A stretch of 64,000 nt of DNA, from contig CBDBCZ010000018.1 in NCBI GenBank assembly GCA_965203295.1, positions 2,688,001-2,752,000 of the forward strand. The letters are read 5' to 3'. The stretch is from Nitrospirales bacterium (lineage in GTDB: Bacteria; Nitrospirota; Nitrospiria; Nitrospirales; UBA8639). A program made the position numbers and the translations under genes. Positions 11,957-26,900 of the stretch are shown here, in pieces. A model generated the notes under the pieces. The model made no database searches and was not told the DNA's origin. It worked only from the letters and a program-made list of their open reading frames with translations. The number at the start of each line of letters is the position of its first letter. Position 1 is the first letter of the stretch.

Positions 11957-14900
11957 TAACTACACTATAAAACAGCTACTATGCGGTATGAGCTAACTGT
12001 CATGTGCATTCATAGTTTCAATCTAGTGATCAAAATTATCACCCACTCTCAGCTTTAAGAGGATCAAGCCATGCACTACGGTAGAGATTGATCTTGTGAA
12101 TTGAAACTGAAATGTACAACAGAATAAATTCAACCACTATTGGGATTCACTAGCAGATATCCCACGTTCTCTTTACATCAAACAAACCGCATCTGCCTAC
12201 GTTGAGGTAAATTTTGTCGTACTGAATCCTACCCTGGTTATGAAAATTCTTGTGGAGGGAATTTAATAACAGCTGGGTGTGCACAAAGCACAAAAATGGA
12301 TGGTCCTAGGAATGCCAAATGTTTTCTGCACCTGTCTATTTGTGCATTTATAGTTATCACATGCATATTATTGTGTCACACATTACATTTCTACGCAACT
12401 AATTTAGCACTAATGGCTTTGTAGGCCAACCTACATCAGGCCAGTGCAGTTTTTTAGTGAGACAACAAAAAAGTGGTAGGCAGGCATGATAATGCTGTTT
12501 TTAAGGGTTCTAACTATACACAATGAAACCGGTGAGTTAGCACATTCTCTGTACGATATTTGACTTATCTGTTTGTGCAGGATGAGACAAATGGTCTATT
12601 ATAGTTCTATAGCGGCAGTTACTTGGCCTGATGAGTTGCTGAGCTGACCCTCAGCTGTTCACTTCAAAGGCTCCTGGCTGCTTTTTTTTAGATATGAAAT
12701 ATCAGACTTGTCTACCTTGACCGCACTATGACTTGAGCTGTACAAAGAAATCGTTTGTCTTTACAAAAACATGCAATCCCCTTCACAAAATGTTCCTACT
12801 AACTGTTTCTAGAAGTACCTTATTAGTTAGATATTCACTGCTGCAGTTTTATAGTTGCCATTTTAATTGGTTTGCTGTGTATGCAGGTCTCCCTGGCATA
12901 CAGCACTAACCTGAAGCGAAATAAGAACACAACTACCATAAATACAATTACCACTCACAATCAGGAAGCACGCGCCAATCATCACAGCTTTCATCTTAAC
13001 ATCCAGATCAATGGGAACTGACGTGAGTTGATATGATCATGCATGGAGGGGGAACAAAACGCAAGTAATGAATAATAAGAAAACTGTAAATTCTCTACTC
13101 TGTAAATGCTTGTGTAGTAGTCCAACCAGTTTTAAAAGCTGCAAGGTGCTTTAAACCTGATATACAGTAGCCTTTTGACAACATTATGAATAATTAATAA
13201 GCTAGGGAAAATGCTGAAAAAGGTGCGCATGGTGGGGAACCAGCGACTTCAGCATTCAAGCGCCTGGGGTTAACCACTTGCAACTTCCTGTTTGGTGGTG
13301 TAATTAAATTATTAGTTTAATTTATTAATTTATAGTAAAAACAAGTGACCTCACTCAAAGATTGCGATATTAATTCTCGTATTTAAATGGATATACCGTA
13401 AACTCTGGTTAATAGGCGCATGCGCTTATGACTCTAGGTGGTAAGCAGCCGTGCGCCTAATAGAGGATGTGCGCTAATAGGGGTGCAATTATTGAAGCCA
13501 CGCCCAACACGTGACAATGCAAGATGCGTGCAGAGACAGTAGTCGTGGTTTAAAAAGCTGAGAGTAGCGAGATGGCAAGTATTGGCGAAGTATTCAAAGA
13601 TTTTTCCTCCTCCAGGAAAGTGTAATCCATGGCCATCATGTCTTCAAGAAGATATGGACTCCACGACTTGGCGAAATTCTTCTGGTTAACCAAGAAGCCG
13701 GAAACGCTCACTGACAGACGTGCGGTTGCTTTGCTAAAGTAGACGGAAGCGTAGTCGGGCATGTATATACCTAGAGAGTTCTCAACAATGTTGGCGTTTC
13801 TTAGCATGCGCTCAACAAAGGATACCCACGACCAGAAAGGAAGCATGCGCTTAATTGCCGAGCGCAGCGAGGCCAATAATCGCGACATACGGGCTCAGAA
13901 TCTCAGCTAGCGTTTATATATATAAAAAATTTAAAAACATGTAGGGATGGCACAGTGTGAAGAAAACAAACTAAAAGCAAAAACTAACATACAAATATTA
14001 CAAAAATATTTAAACACATGTGCATCAAATCTACAAAAACTAACCAATCAAGCTGTAGTAACAACACAACTCTAAAAAATCATTTACAAAAATCAATTAG
14101 CACGTCAGGATGGAATCCCAAAAAGTCACCAAACAAGCTACCATGACACAGACTTGTGAACACAAAGGTTGCCATATAGCATCACAGTCCTTCCAGATAC
14201 GTTTAGGTGGTACCATCGGTGGAGGTTCATCTGTTCACTTCCCTTCGGCTACTCCCAACCCTCTACCTTCAAAGCAAGTCACACCAAGCTACCCCATGCT
14301 CCTACAGCCTTCAAACCTGCTGCATAGTGCATAACGGAATATGGCCCTCAAAAAGGCCTCCAAAAATTATTCGTATAAGTACGATTACAGACCAAAAGGA
14401 ATGTCGACAGATACTCCTAAACTCACTTCCACACTTATATACCACCACATGGAGCAAACCACTTATGGGTTTCATACAATTTCCGTTTATCACCCCACCC
14501 ACCTACGTCTTACAAACGTACTTAATTACATTAACATCTGGAGCCAGTATTCAGATTCAGACTCTATCCTGTGACCCCACTCAACGGAGTCAACACACGA
14601 TCAGGCTAGCTCACGCCTATATATAGAAAAAGCACTTCGCCAAAAACTGCAAAAACAAGTCATGTAGGGATGCACTTCCACCAGAATAACACTTTCCCAA
14701 AAACCAACGAAACAAGCGACAATGCACATCACAACACATGCACAGACTACCCACCCATCACAGCGCAATGCATTTACCGCGTAGCTACCATCCCTACATC
14801 TTTCCAACCAGTTAGTTTTTGTAGATTTGATGCACATGTGTTTAAATATTTTTGTAATATTTGTATGTTAGTTTTTGCTTTTAGTTTGTTTTCTTCACAC

Positions 14901-17900
14901 TGTGCCATCCCTACATGTTTTTTAATTTTTTAAATGTTTTTTAAGACTTGTTTCTGTTGTTTTTTTAGTGAGGGGGAAGAAAAGGAATGGGGCTTTGATG
15001 TTTGGTATTAGGATTAGATGGTATGAGTTGATATAGCTAGTATGGTTCTGTTGGGTAGAGGTGCGGTAGTGTATATGTATTGGTATGAGAATACAGTTTT
15101 TGGTAGCTCCGCCTCTAAGTTGAGTCCCATACTTGTTCTGCAGTGTGTCATAAAGAGCGCATTTCGTCTACTGAAGTCAAAATTCCGAAATTCCAAGATA
15201 ATGGCGATCGTATAATAAGGGATTTTTTCTGACATCTCGTTGACATTGAGTTAAAACAGAGACAGTGGCAGACTGAACAGGGATAGTAGATTTCCCGTAT
15301 GCTGGAATGGTCTATATATCGGTAGAGAGTGAACTGCATTTTTTTTACCGGGGGATATAAACCAGCAAGGAGGATGCATGGGGACAATAAAGTAGGCATC
15401 GTTCTGCGATATGGGATAGCCTGTCCTGTTTCTGTAGGTGACTAAGGAATACCAGCAAGCCGTGTTCAGCGACCGTAATTGGTGTTATAAGCCTCTTTGG
15501 CGACCAGTTAAGTTATGCTCACGGCATAAGCGACTGGTGGAGCATGTGGAGTGCATACACATGTATATAAGCGCAAGTATTGATACTGCTGAGAATATTG
15601 AGGTGGTAGTCATTGGCATTGGAGGGGGAGAAAGGTCTGCGCATGAGACTACAGTACATTATGGTGTCAAACAGAAACAAAGAATCATGTAGGACAACCG
15701 ACTCCCGTAAGTGGGTGTGGTCTTAGGGTAGGGTTAGGGCCAGATCTGGGACAGTAGACCACGCCCACTTCTGGTAGTCGGATGATCAAACTAAAACGCA
15801 CTAAAGTATTTGTAGATCTTGTGAGTGCTCCTCACCACCACCTCCCAACTTGCACTCGTTGCTCACACTGCAGCACTTGTCACCCCCCATCTGGTTGTCC
15901 CTCATGCACGGGGACCTTGGGCGGATCTCCGAATTGTGGGCGGGGTACGGATACGACCGGCGAGCACGTGATGGTCGAAGGTTAATTGCGGCAAAGTTCC
16001 TCCGGCTATATTATAGTCGCTAGTTAGAATCTTCTATCTACTAGCTATGGTTGTGTCGAGAGACTCAAACACCTTTTCAGAGAGAAAGAGCGGTGAAGTC
16101 GCACGAAGTCGAGTAGACACATACAGGTGTATTCGGCCGGGCCAGGGAGAGGGAACAAAGGCCTTCAGGAATGTCGACAGACGGTCTAGACGTAAGTATG
16201 TAGCATATTTATAGTGTGTGCTGATTTAGCACACTGTGTTAGACTAGTCTCGTGCCGAGACTGTGTGTAGTCGTGCCCTGAGTTGGGTTTTGGGCAGTTT
16301 ACATTTACGCGCTCTTATTAATGCGCCACTAATTATTTACCATATTGCTACAATATTTTGCGTGAACTTTACTTTTGCGAATTTTGCGAGTCCTTACAGC
16401 ATCGCAAATATAAGATCGCAAACATTAAATAAAAATATGTGAGCGTGGTTTTAGTGGGTGCGGTTAACGAGCACCAAATCAATAGCTGTCCCAGGAGAAG
16501 CAGCAGTAGGCCTAATGGATGGCCTTAAACAATAGCGAAGGTGGCAGGTAATGTTTTAATATGCTTCTACAGCAGCAGCTATTTCAGGATGAGTATTCGG
16601 CAGTATTTTACTTGATTTTACTATGAGCCCCAATCGCGAGGACACTGCAATCGGAGTGGTGGCAACTCGTGAAGCAAATGAGAGTGTGAAGCGTGCGTTA
16701 GAGAAGCAAACCAGCCAACAGAAGGCCAAGAAGCGTAAGGTACATACCCACTCAGCCGAGATTGGCCAAGAATGGGAATGCCGCTGCCACAATCGCAAAG
16801 ATAAGATCGCAAAGTACTTGAATTAGCCACAAAATGACAAAATCGCAAAGGTTTCTCACACGCAAAATATTGTAGCATTACGGTATCGCCAGTGGCGCTC
16901 TTAAATATGTGTATGTGTAGTCCATGATCAACACCTTCATATGGCGCTAAACTCCTAGCCTAGTCTCGTTCCCGGACACTCCACACATGCCCCGACGAAA
17001 AATTAGGGACAGGTAGAAATAAAGAGGGTCTGGCGACTCGAGTGGGGTCCACACAGAGCCTTCGTTGGAATGCAGGAATAGGTGACACCAATTGATGTAA
17101 TTAACAGTACGTGCGTTGCTGAACTTCGAAAGAAGCATGCCAGGTCAGTCGAAAAAAGTGACTGAGTCTGCTATCGATTTTGCTAGAGAAAGGCTAGGTA
17201 TTGAAGGGCTCAAGAAACAGTCAGAAAGCGATGGATAGTTTCAGAGTCTACGCTGGGCAAGCCTCCTGGGCCAACTCTGGCACCGCTTGGTAGACTCCAT
17301 CCTTGCCGGTTGATGCAGCACTCAGTAGATCTCACAGATAGTCAGTAGCAGCAAGAGCTGCACCGCAAGTCATAGCTACACGTGCGTTTACTGTTTCTAC
17401 TTTGCAGCTGGTGCACGCGGTATGCTTCGTTGCGGTTTCATACAATCGATTTTCATCATGAATATCTAATTTAATGAAATTCCTCAAATTTCCGGGCTGC
17501 ACATGTATCCCACTCAACTCGCCAGACCCTCTTTCTACCTACTTTTTGGCGGGTGAGTGTGACAGGGTCTGGGAACGAGACTACTACATGTCTTATGCAC
17601 TATATAAAATAGTACAAATGTGCATTACGTGTTAATTGAGTTTCCAATCCCTGTCCTTCTACTCTATTATCTATGGTGGCATTTACAACGCGCCACCTGA
17701 ATAATAATTCAGCAACACTATTGGCACTATAGCAGAGAAAAAAAAATGTATTACAATGATTGGCACATTATTTAGAATGGTGTGTTAATAAGAGCGGATA
17801 TAGTATTCATCAAACGGACCATGTCTGTGACAGGCACATATATTGAAGATTCGCAAACGTATTGATCATGATCAGGTCACTGCAGAGGTCGAAATAACGT

Positions 17901-20900
17901 GCGGTCATTGGTCAATATCTGTACATATTGCTATAGTGACCGAGCAAAACTACATGTGGTCGGTAGGTGTGCCCGGGAGCTTGTGTAACAGCTGCTGCGT
18001 AAGGCAGTGATTGCTAATCATATTCACAGCGTCTTGTATAATGCCTACTTGTGAATAGTAAACACTATCCAAATAAGGAGTTTCTGCTCTCAGGTCAGCT
18101 TGGGAAGAGAGGATGAATTGACTGGTTTGTGTGTATTCATTTTTTTGGTGGTGCTTGCTCAACAATGCATTCACATCTATTATCTTGCTGTTGCTGAAAT
18201 GTTTCAGTCATAACTACAAGTACTGTGACAGGTAGGTACATCCAGTCATATTTGCTAAATGACCACTCAGAATCAAAAGTGTTAGGACATTGTGACCAGA
18301 TAACATTTGAACGTTATTTCGACCTCTGTCACTGGTTTGGTCAATGATATATTTGTTTCTGTGGGCATGGTAGAGGGGAATGTGAGGCTATGGGAGTGGT
18401 AGGTGATTGTGTTAGGAACATTTTAGTGTAATGGTTTAGTGCTTTAACATTATGATGTAATGGAGAAAATACTTGAAAACATGCATTGCTGTGCCTTCAT
18501 TTTTAAAATTTACACAAAAGCATGAAAATAAGCACGTTTTCATGTATTTTCTTCACTTTGTGCCTACTTTTACCGTGCATTATATCAAATTAATGGTGAA
18601 AGGTGTACTGTACTTGTACATGTAGGTGCAGTTATAATTAGCTGGACAAGTGTTGTATAGCAGGTACATGTATGTGTATGGAGATAGGAAGGTCTTGAAT
18701 TGAATGGGTTATAGGTTGAGAGGGAGTTGGGAGCCTGTGATTTTGTGTTCATTATGTTAGGTTTAGTCATACCTTCTATAACCTTGTCCCAAGGAACATG
18801 TATTTCATTGTGTGATTCACACAGTGGTGCAACAGTGTAGCCATTGAGGTTTTCCTGCTACAGAGGTTTTCAAGTAGGTTGAAGGTTGAACTCATCTTAG
18901 AATTTGATGTGCAGTCAAGCTGAACTACTAATTGAATTGTTAACTTGATTTAGCTGCTTTGCACATGTCACAGGTGTAGCTATACAAAGCAACTAAATCA
19001 AATAACAATTCAATTAGTAGTTCAGCTGTATAGTGCTCCACTGTCTGACTCAAACAGTACAACATGGAGGGTGTTGTTTACATTGCTGGGAAAAGCCAGC
19101 TGACATTCCTAGAAATCCAATGTTCAGGTACTTGGCTGTGCTGAGTATGTATTCTGTAATAACTTTGGTTCTGAATGTACCATTGCTTGTTCTGACCCCT
19201 TTTCCTGCACACATTGCGCATCCTGAATGCACAGACCTTGTAATTCCAAATAAAAAGTGACTGATGAGAACTGGACTGCCACACTGGACAGGACTGGAAT
19301 GGAATGGAAAATGGAAATACTCAGACCTTTGTTTATGTTCTTGTTAGGCATAAGTACTATATCATAGTCCATGGGAAGATAAAAGCACAGCACACTGTAT
19401 ATATATCTGGCATATACACCCCAACCAGCCATTAGCCATAATAATTCTATATATGCAATATAAATACAATTAGTGGTCAACTGTGACAGCTGGTGTGCAT
19501 GAATCTCATTAACAAAGCATAGTATTTTAATAGCCTTGTTATACTAAGCCACAAAAAGTGATACACATACAGTATGGGCCAAGCTAAGATGGTAGGCGGC
19601 CTTGTTAGCACACTTTGAAGCGGTTACAAGCTCTCTCAGCAGGTGATATGTACTGCCATGTTACCTTCTAGTAGATTGCACCTGCACTCATGCATGTCTA
19701 GATCTGTGGCTTGCTCCGCTTATATGCTCAGGAGAAACAGTATACAGTAAGTAAGGTATATTACCAAAGATAACCATACTTAGGAGGTGTATATGGCAAG
19801 GTATATGGAAACTGAGTCTATACCCTCAATCTTAGTCATCAGAACTTCGTCTGACCTCAGTCTCGGATAGTACGCCATGCATATACACCTCCTGACCTTG
19901 CAACTCAACAACTATATACTGTCAGGGTCTTCCCTATAACAACAGCTTTGGTGTAGTGTGCTGTCACATGCATACAAAGCAGTTCACAATTCTTCCATGG
20001 TTGTCCAGATACGCGATGAATTAGCCTCATTTCCAAGGCTTTTCTGCCTGTGATCGTATAGCAAATTAACAACAGTAGTTCGGCGATACATAACAAAGGC
20101 AGCCAAAGAGGCTCAGAGAACGAGGTAGCTAGGTCTTAAATTTGCCGCGTGTCCGGCGAATCCCTCACCATAGATAATATAGTACGTAATAAAGGCAGCC
20201 AGAAAGGCTCAGAGAACGAGGTAGCTAAGTCTTAAATTTGCCGCGTGTCCGGACAATCCCTCACCATAGATCATATATACGGAATTACATAATATCTATG
20301 CCCTCACTGACGTTAGCTACTGCATACACACCTTGTAATTCCAACTGAACCGAATTCGATTGGACCGGCCCACTAGCTCTTTAGTGGACTGCAATGGAGG
20401 GAAAATCCAAACGCTCAGACTTCTTGTTATACTAGCACCATGGATAATCCATGATATTATACATGCTAGCACGTATAAAATTTAATACGCATACGAAATG
20501 CAAGCCATTACCTTGTAATTCCAAGAAGAACAGGAATCCGAAAAACTTAAATACGAGATGCTTGGCTTTAACAACCGCTTCAATACGACTACATGTTATT
20601 GTTGATTGGAAGGGAAAATCCAAACGCTCAGGCTTCTGTTTGCGTTATTGTTGATTGGAAGGGAAAATCCAAACGCTCAGACTTCCGTTTACGTTATTGT
20701 TGATTGGAAATGGAAATCCAAACGCTCAGGCTTCCGTTTACGTAATAAAATGGCGTGGAACGACCAGCGTTCACTCGAGAGTGGTAGTAAATCACTGCTG
20801 AATAAGTTCGAGTTTTGAAAACGCTCTTGATTGAGTGCAATGCTCCGTTAAAAATCATGCTTCTTTATGTTGAAATTGTTGTAGTTGCTGTAGTCATTAC

Positions 20901-23900
20901 TGAGCTAGCCTGGCTGAAGAAGAAGAAAGAAGATGTACTATTACGCCCCGCCCCCCCGAGTGTGTCGACTTGCCGGTGTGCTGCTCCAGAGAATGTTTGT
21001 AGCACCGCTAACAGTCTTGTTGCTGATAAAATCACTCGAGATGTCAGGGTATGGCTCATAACAGCCTATGACTGTAAACAGAGCTGAGTTCTGAACGTAT
21101 GATTTTGTACGCGTTCTATAGGGCCGCCATTTTTTTCCGTGCCATCCCTACATATGGAGTACTACCGTACTCCATGATATATATATATGTATGTATATAT
21201 ATATGTATGTATATCTGTGTGTCACGCTCCCCGGCCCCCGGGGCAAGCCACGAGTTCAAAATGGCGTCTCGTGCAGTTTAGCTGATGCCGTCTTCAAACT
21301 CTTGGTGCAGAAGCAGGCAGAGATCTGGACAAGTCTACTACACAGTTTTATCAAGTAAGGCTTACTACAGCTCCTAGGTTAGTACAGTTTGTGTAGCCGC
21401 TCTGTAAGCAGAGGTACGAGGGCTAGAGACGGACGGCACGATCGAGCGATAAGAAAGCAAGTTTTACGTAGCATGTCTGCTCTCTGGTGGGTGCTGAGGC
21501 TGTTCCTTGGGAAAATGCTGTAGATATAGATATCATTCGCCTGGATGCCAGTCGTTTTGACATAGCTACTAGCCTAGCAGCCGCTTCAGCTAGCCTGTTA
21601 TTCTTGCGACTTGCTTAGTCGCGAAAATAGTCGTCCCCGGCCCCACGTGTATTCGGGGGGGCAGTGCCCCGGTATCTAGCCCGGGGGGCCCCGGCGGTAC
21701 GATGATGTCAGCGAGGCATAGTGCGCTTGCATATACCTAGTAAATATTATGCGCTTGATAGTGAGGTGCGCCTAACAACCAGAGTTTACGGTATGCCAAT
21801 ACTCAAAACGTAACAGCTCTATTCTTGAAGGAAGTGGCTTTCTGGATGTTGATGTATGTGGCAGAATTCCCCAAACATGAAAGGTAAAGCTACATACTAT
21901 ACTATATAACACACATTAAATGCAGTAATTGTGAACTCTAGGTGTTTTCCCTATTTGTACATGTAGTATCCACTAAAAGTAACCAGATTGTACCACCCCA
22001 CATTAATGAAACTGCTGCTTGAAGACCAATGATGCATGGCCAGAGTAAAAAGCTAACAAGATCATTTTCAGTATACTTGTCATACTTTGGTAAACTAATG
22101 AGTAATATTCATGTGAACTAGTCTTATACCTTGTGATCAGAAAGAAAGCATAGCTATCTTATCAAACAACTTACACTGTATTCCAAAATTATCTGCATCA
22201 GTGAAAATTTCCTTGGCCAATCCTCCCCATTGCTTGCTAATTCTGCCAACAGAATGTGAATCATCAGCAGACAATACCTAAAATGTGGATGTTCAGTAAG
22301 ATTGATTAGTCACTGAAATCTAATATACTTAAAATTCTGCCATTTGGCGCTCGTGGAAGCCAAAGGGTTAATCATGTATTTAACTACACCCTCTGCAAAA
22401 TAAACCACCAAAATGCGATTTCAGGTTGTTCACTAAAATAAGCAATTATTAGATCTCCTAGAACCCCACCACAGTCTGACAACATCAGCAGTACTTACAA
22501 AGAACATATTACAGACTAAAAACGTCTTTTGTTTTTTTTCACAGGAATACTTTAAATCCAGCTTTACAGCCCAAAATGCTCATTTTTGCTATCTGTCTTT
22601 CAAAAACAATTACCTGCCCACCCACTTTTGTCCAGTAAAATCGAGCCGTGCCTTACAAACTTCAACCCACTCACAGCAAATCTATGTTAGCAGTTTCCCA
22701 CTCACCCCTCGGTTACTTACAATTACCCACCAAAACACTCTCTATAAAATCTCCACAGATTTCCACATAGCTAGCTTACCTCACCTAGTTACGAAAATGG
22801 TCCAAGCTTACAGACCAGAAAGGTCATTACCGTAACCTACCAAAAATGGGCAATAATCTGTCAGCATCCATCTGAGTTTTTGGCTGACTTCTGCTACCTA
22901 TTCAGCCATAATTAGCCTACTTGCCACTATACATGGTCCTAATTACAATAACGTGTTGAAAGGTAACATCAGCGTACTGCTCAACCACATCAAAGTGCCG
23001 ATATCAAACAAAAAAATGCCACTATCAAAGCGACACCCCCCCCCCCCCCCGCTAATTCCAGCTGCCGCCATGGGAAAACGTTCACATAATGTTAATGAAT
23101 TTACTTAGTCCCATGTGAGTGATATGATCTCAATAATTATTCAAAAAAAGATTTGAAGGTCAGTGCAGTGCCACCTTAAAACAAATTCCTTGCATAGATT
23201 GAGACATGTCTTGAAACAACTTGCTTATTTTCCTTAATAAAAACGAAGTACAACACAAACATGCTGTACTGGAACAATAATGATAGGACAATGTACTTAC
23301 ATCAAAGTTGGCATCTGAATAGCAGCTACATCCCAGGGTTGGGCCCTTGATCTTCATCACACAATCTCCCTCGGCGTTTTCGATAGAGAACCAGGGGTTC
23401 AAGATTCCCAGGGGATCCTGTCTCACATAGCCAATCACTGTACCAGGCGGTGACTGCACTTCAATTTCATGGGGAGCACAGCAGCTGCAGCAGCAGTAGC
23501 ACGTCAGGCCACTACAATTGCAGTAACAGCGCGATGGGCGCTCAAGATGTATAACCTGAGTGGTGGGCATATAAGCTGTGTGATACTCAATAACATGCAC
23601 TTCTACATGAAATATGCTGTCCACGAATGGCTAATCAAGGTGTACATGAACTAACTTCTAATAAGGGAATATGGGACAAAAATAAGCTGTGCAATGTTCT
23701 GCTGACTGCAAGTTTACATGGTTGCATCAAGGGAGTCATGACATCATCATTTTTAATGTGATGTAAACATGGTAAGTAAGACCAACAGTGTGGAAGTACA
23801 GCTATAGTGTTGTACAGTACTCTGGGTTATCAAGAGCACTGCTGGCATTTCTACAGTCTGTAAAAAGAGGATTCAATTCATTCTGTGGACTGTGGATTGT

Positions 23901-26900
23901 AAGTGTAACCACCTTGATATGTGCAGCAATGGCATTAGTAAGTAACTGCGCTTTTGGCTCTTTATAAGCAGTGTGTGGAAGCCCTACTGAAGCTTCACTT
24001 CTGCACCCTACTCCACTAAAATAATGCTGCAAATTAGGGTTTTTGATGCACTGCTGAGACATCGCTGAGACATCAGTGAAGGCAAAAGGCAGTGCCAACA
24101 TCGCTTGTTCTTTTTAGCTCTCAGAGTAATGCTAACATAGTAATCGCTCTAGTTACATGTACGTATGTGTCATATTGTGTCACAGTTGAGGCTACCAAAA
24201 ACTTAACCTGCATTAATGGTAAAAATCTGCAAACATTTTGAGAGGTGAATGATTACAATGGCTACAGTATGTTTTACCATCTAAAAAATGATGTGTCATC
24301 ACATGTCAAGTCCAACTTCCTCTGTGGTTGCATATTCAAAAACGACAGTATATTCATATACTGCTTAATTCCATTACTTTGTGTAGTTCAGTCAGCTAAG
24401 CAGAGTTTGCACATGCACAAGTACTGTTCATTCAAAATGGAAACACCAGTGCTGTTTCCAAGTTTACAACCTTGGCTGCTTGTTCTACATGTAACTCAGT
24501 ATAAGCTATATAACTATCAAACATTAGTACCCTACACCTCCTAACTCCCAACCCAATCTCCCAACCATTCAACCAGCAATTAAGCTACTTTCATTGCTGT
24601 CTACGTATATGTCTCCATGCTCTGCTGCTTGCTCGGCCTATAAACTCATTACAAGCTAACTATCACATACAAGTAGAGGAGAGACAAGAGGTACGTAGGT
24701 AGACAAGTTTAAGAAGAAGCCGTAGAGTATGGATTGCGGCCCAGAGAACCGAGAACCCAGGACAAGCTAGGAAAGAACCAGCGGCCACCCAGCTCACAAC
24801 AGTTTAAAGAGTTTGAAGGTGGTTTGAAATGGTTATAATTTAATTAAAAAGGGGACCATAAAGGTCTTCCCTCTAAAAGAAACTTTATGAGTAATCTTAT
24901 GGCTCTAGTTTGCTCTATATAGTCTCCAGTTTGCTCTACATGGTCTCATAGAAACCAGTAAGAACATACGCAATATAACCATGGTGATGCTCTACACATT
25001 AAATTGGTAGAAGAGATGGATGGTGGGCAGTCTCCTTGTATAACACTGTTGCCTCCAACTTTGTGAGTGTGAATGGAGAGTCAAATGTGGCTGCTGTTGC
25101 AAAGTATCAATTTGGTGTGAAGAGCATCATCGAGGTTATTGCCTATGTACGTACGTATCTATTGTGCTTGATAGTTTTAAAAAAAGCATGTAGGAATGGA
25201 ATCCCAAAAAAACAACCAAATAAAGTAGGAACTAGAAGTCTCTAGCAGAGACATACCCCGCGGTGCATAATTCACAACTTGGACCTGGCAGGACTGCAGA
25301 CTGGGCTGATGGAGTAGTTGGCAAAGTGTACATGTATATCACTGGCTGTGTATTTGCACGCAGAGTGTACAGCACTCGTGTATGCGTATATATCTGTATA
25401 TCCTATATGGGAAGTGGTGGGCGTGACTGATTGCCAATATGAACACGTGAGCAGAGTCCGTATATGCCCGGCCTCTATCGTATTCTAGTTGTGACCGTAT
25501 TAAAATGGCAGAATGCACCATTGTTAAATAAGAAAGAGCTGTAGATACAGCGAATGGAACCGCTTTGGCGACTATCAGGTACACACCCGGACATTTTTTT
25601 TTTGATTTCAATGTTACTGTCGTGTTTAGCAATCGCTTAACCCTATAAATCACGAGATAGCCCGATTTTTGAGTGGACAGACACCGGACAGACGGACGGA
25701 CAGACAGAACCAATTGCTTAACCCCGCCGCCGCCTACGTGCCGCGGGGTAATTAATATATGACACTACAAACAGATCACCATCCCTAGCATTCCCTACAT
25801 CTTGCCAACCACACACAGCACAATCCCCTCCATGCCACATCCCTATGCATGTCTAAATGTGCATTTATAATATGTGACCGTATTGGTCCATTTTAATAAA
25901 ATAGTGACTGTGTATAGTTGTAGGGTTGCGTATCAAGTAGGAAGATGTCATAATCTACTGTAGGGAAGAGTCAAGGTGTACGCTGAATGACAGTTTAATT
26001 GTTGATTAGTTGTAGCTAGTTGTCTGTGAGGCGGAAAGAGCCGAGTCTTATAGTTCATGCAGCAGTGTAGGATATGCTGTAGTGTCAGTTGTGTATGAAG
26101 TGCTTATCGAAGGAGGGATTTCGAAAGTACTGGTCTTACAATACAGCTAAAATCCATGTTACTCTTGGCTCTGGAAAGGATCAGGAGTGCAGCCACTGCC
26201 TGCTTGCAAGGTGAATTAACTATGGCTTCAAACCAGAGCGCAGTTTGATTGGTGTACATGTATAGCTAGAGCACAGTCCAATAAAGTAAGCATAGTGTAC
26301 TGCAAAGTTTAATACTTACAGACTATGCAGTTCAACTATGTAGCACCCTCACAATTCAAACCGTCTATCTTATGTGCCATACTTACCTCACGCTGCGTGT
26401 TGTCAGTGATGGACATAGAAAATTCTCTGCCAGGTCCACAGCACTGGCGTTGGCATGGAGTAGACCCTGAAAGGAAGTGGTTTTGTTCACCTTTGTGAAG
26501 GCAATATTCAATGTATAACATGGCTGCATTATCAAAGAATTCCTCCATTGAACTGGCACGGAATACTTTGATGGTACTGATTTAAAGTTTCACGGGCAGC
26601 TTTCGAAACAATGAGAATGTACTGATCTTTGGTACAAGGTAAGTACTAACCTTCAACTAATGGGAGTCAATGCTAAAAGGTTGTAGCTTCTTTCATTGAG
26701 CATCAGTAACTACATGTACATTTATGCCACATTTGTACGATCCTGGATACTGTAAACTTAAGCTGGTACATGTATCTCCTACACTGTAACACAGAAATAC
26801 CTGGTTTCTGCACTGCTGCAGCTATAGATCTACTCCATCTGATTTACTCATGTGTAGTTCATTTAATAATGTGCAAGTCATACAAAACATTGCAGACTTC

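Noticed and set aside
12626..12670. Other CTGATGA occurrences (also ~19261, ~30600, ~51420) as hammerheads
   Set aside because: No stem II closed directly before a GAAA core.
14100..15700. Possible Penelope GIY-YIG remnant near the inverted repeat
   Set aside because: No diagnostic motif could be read in the frames examined.
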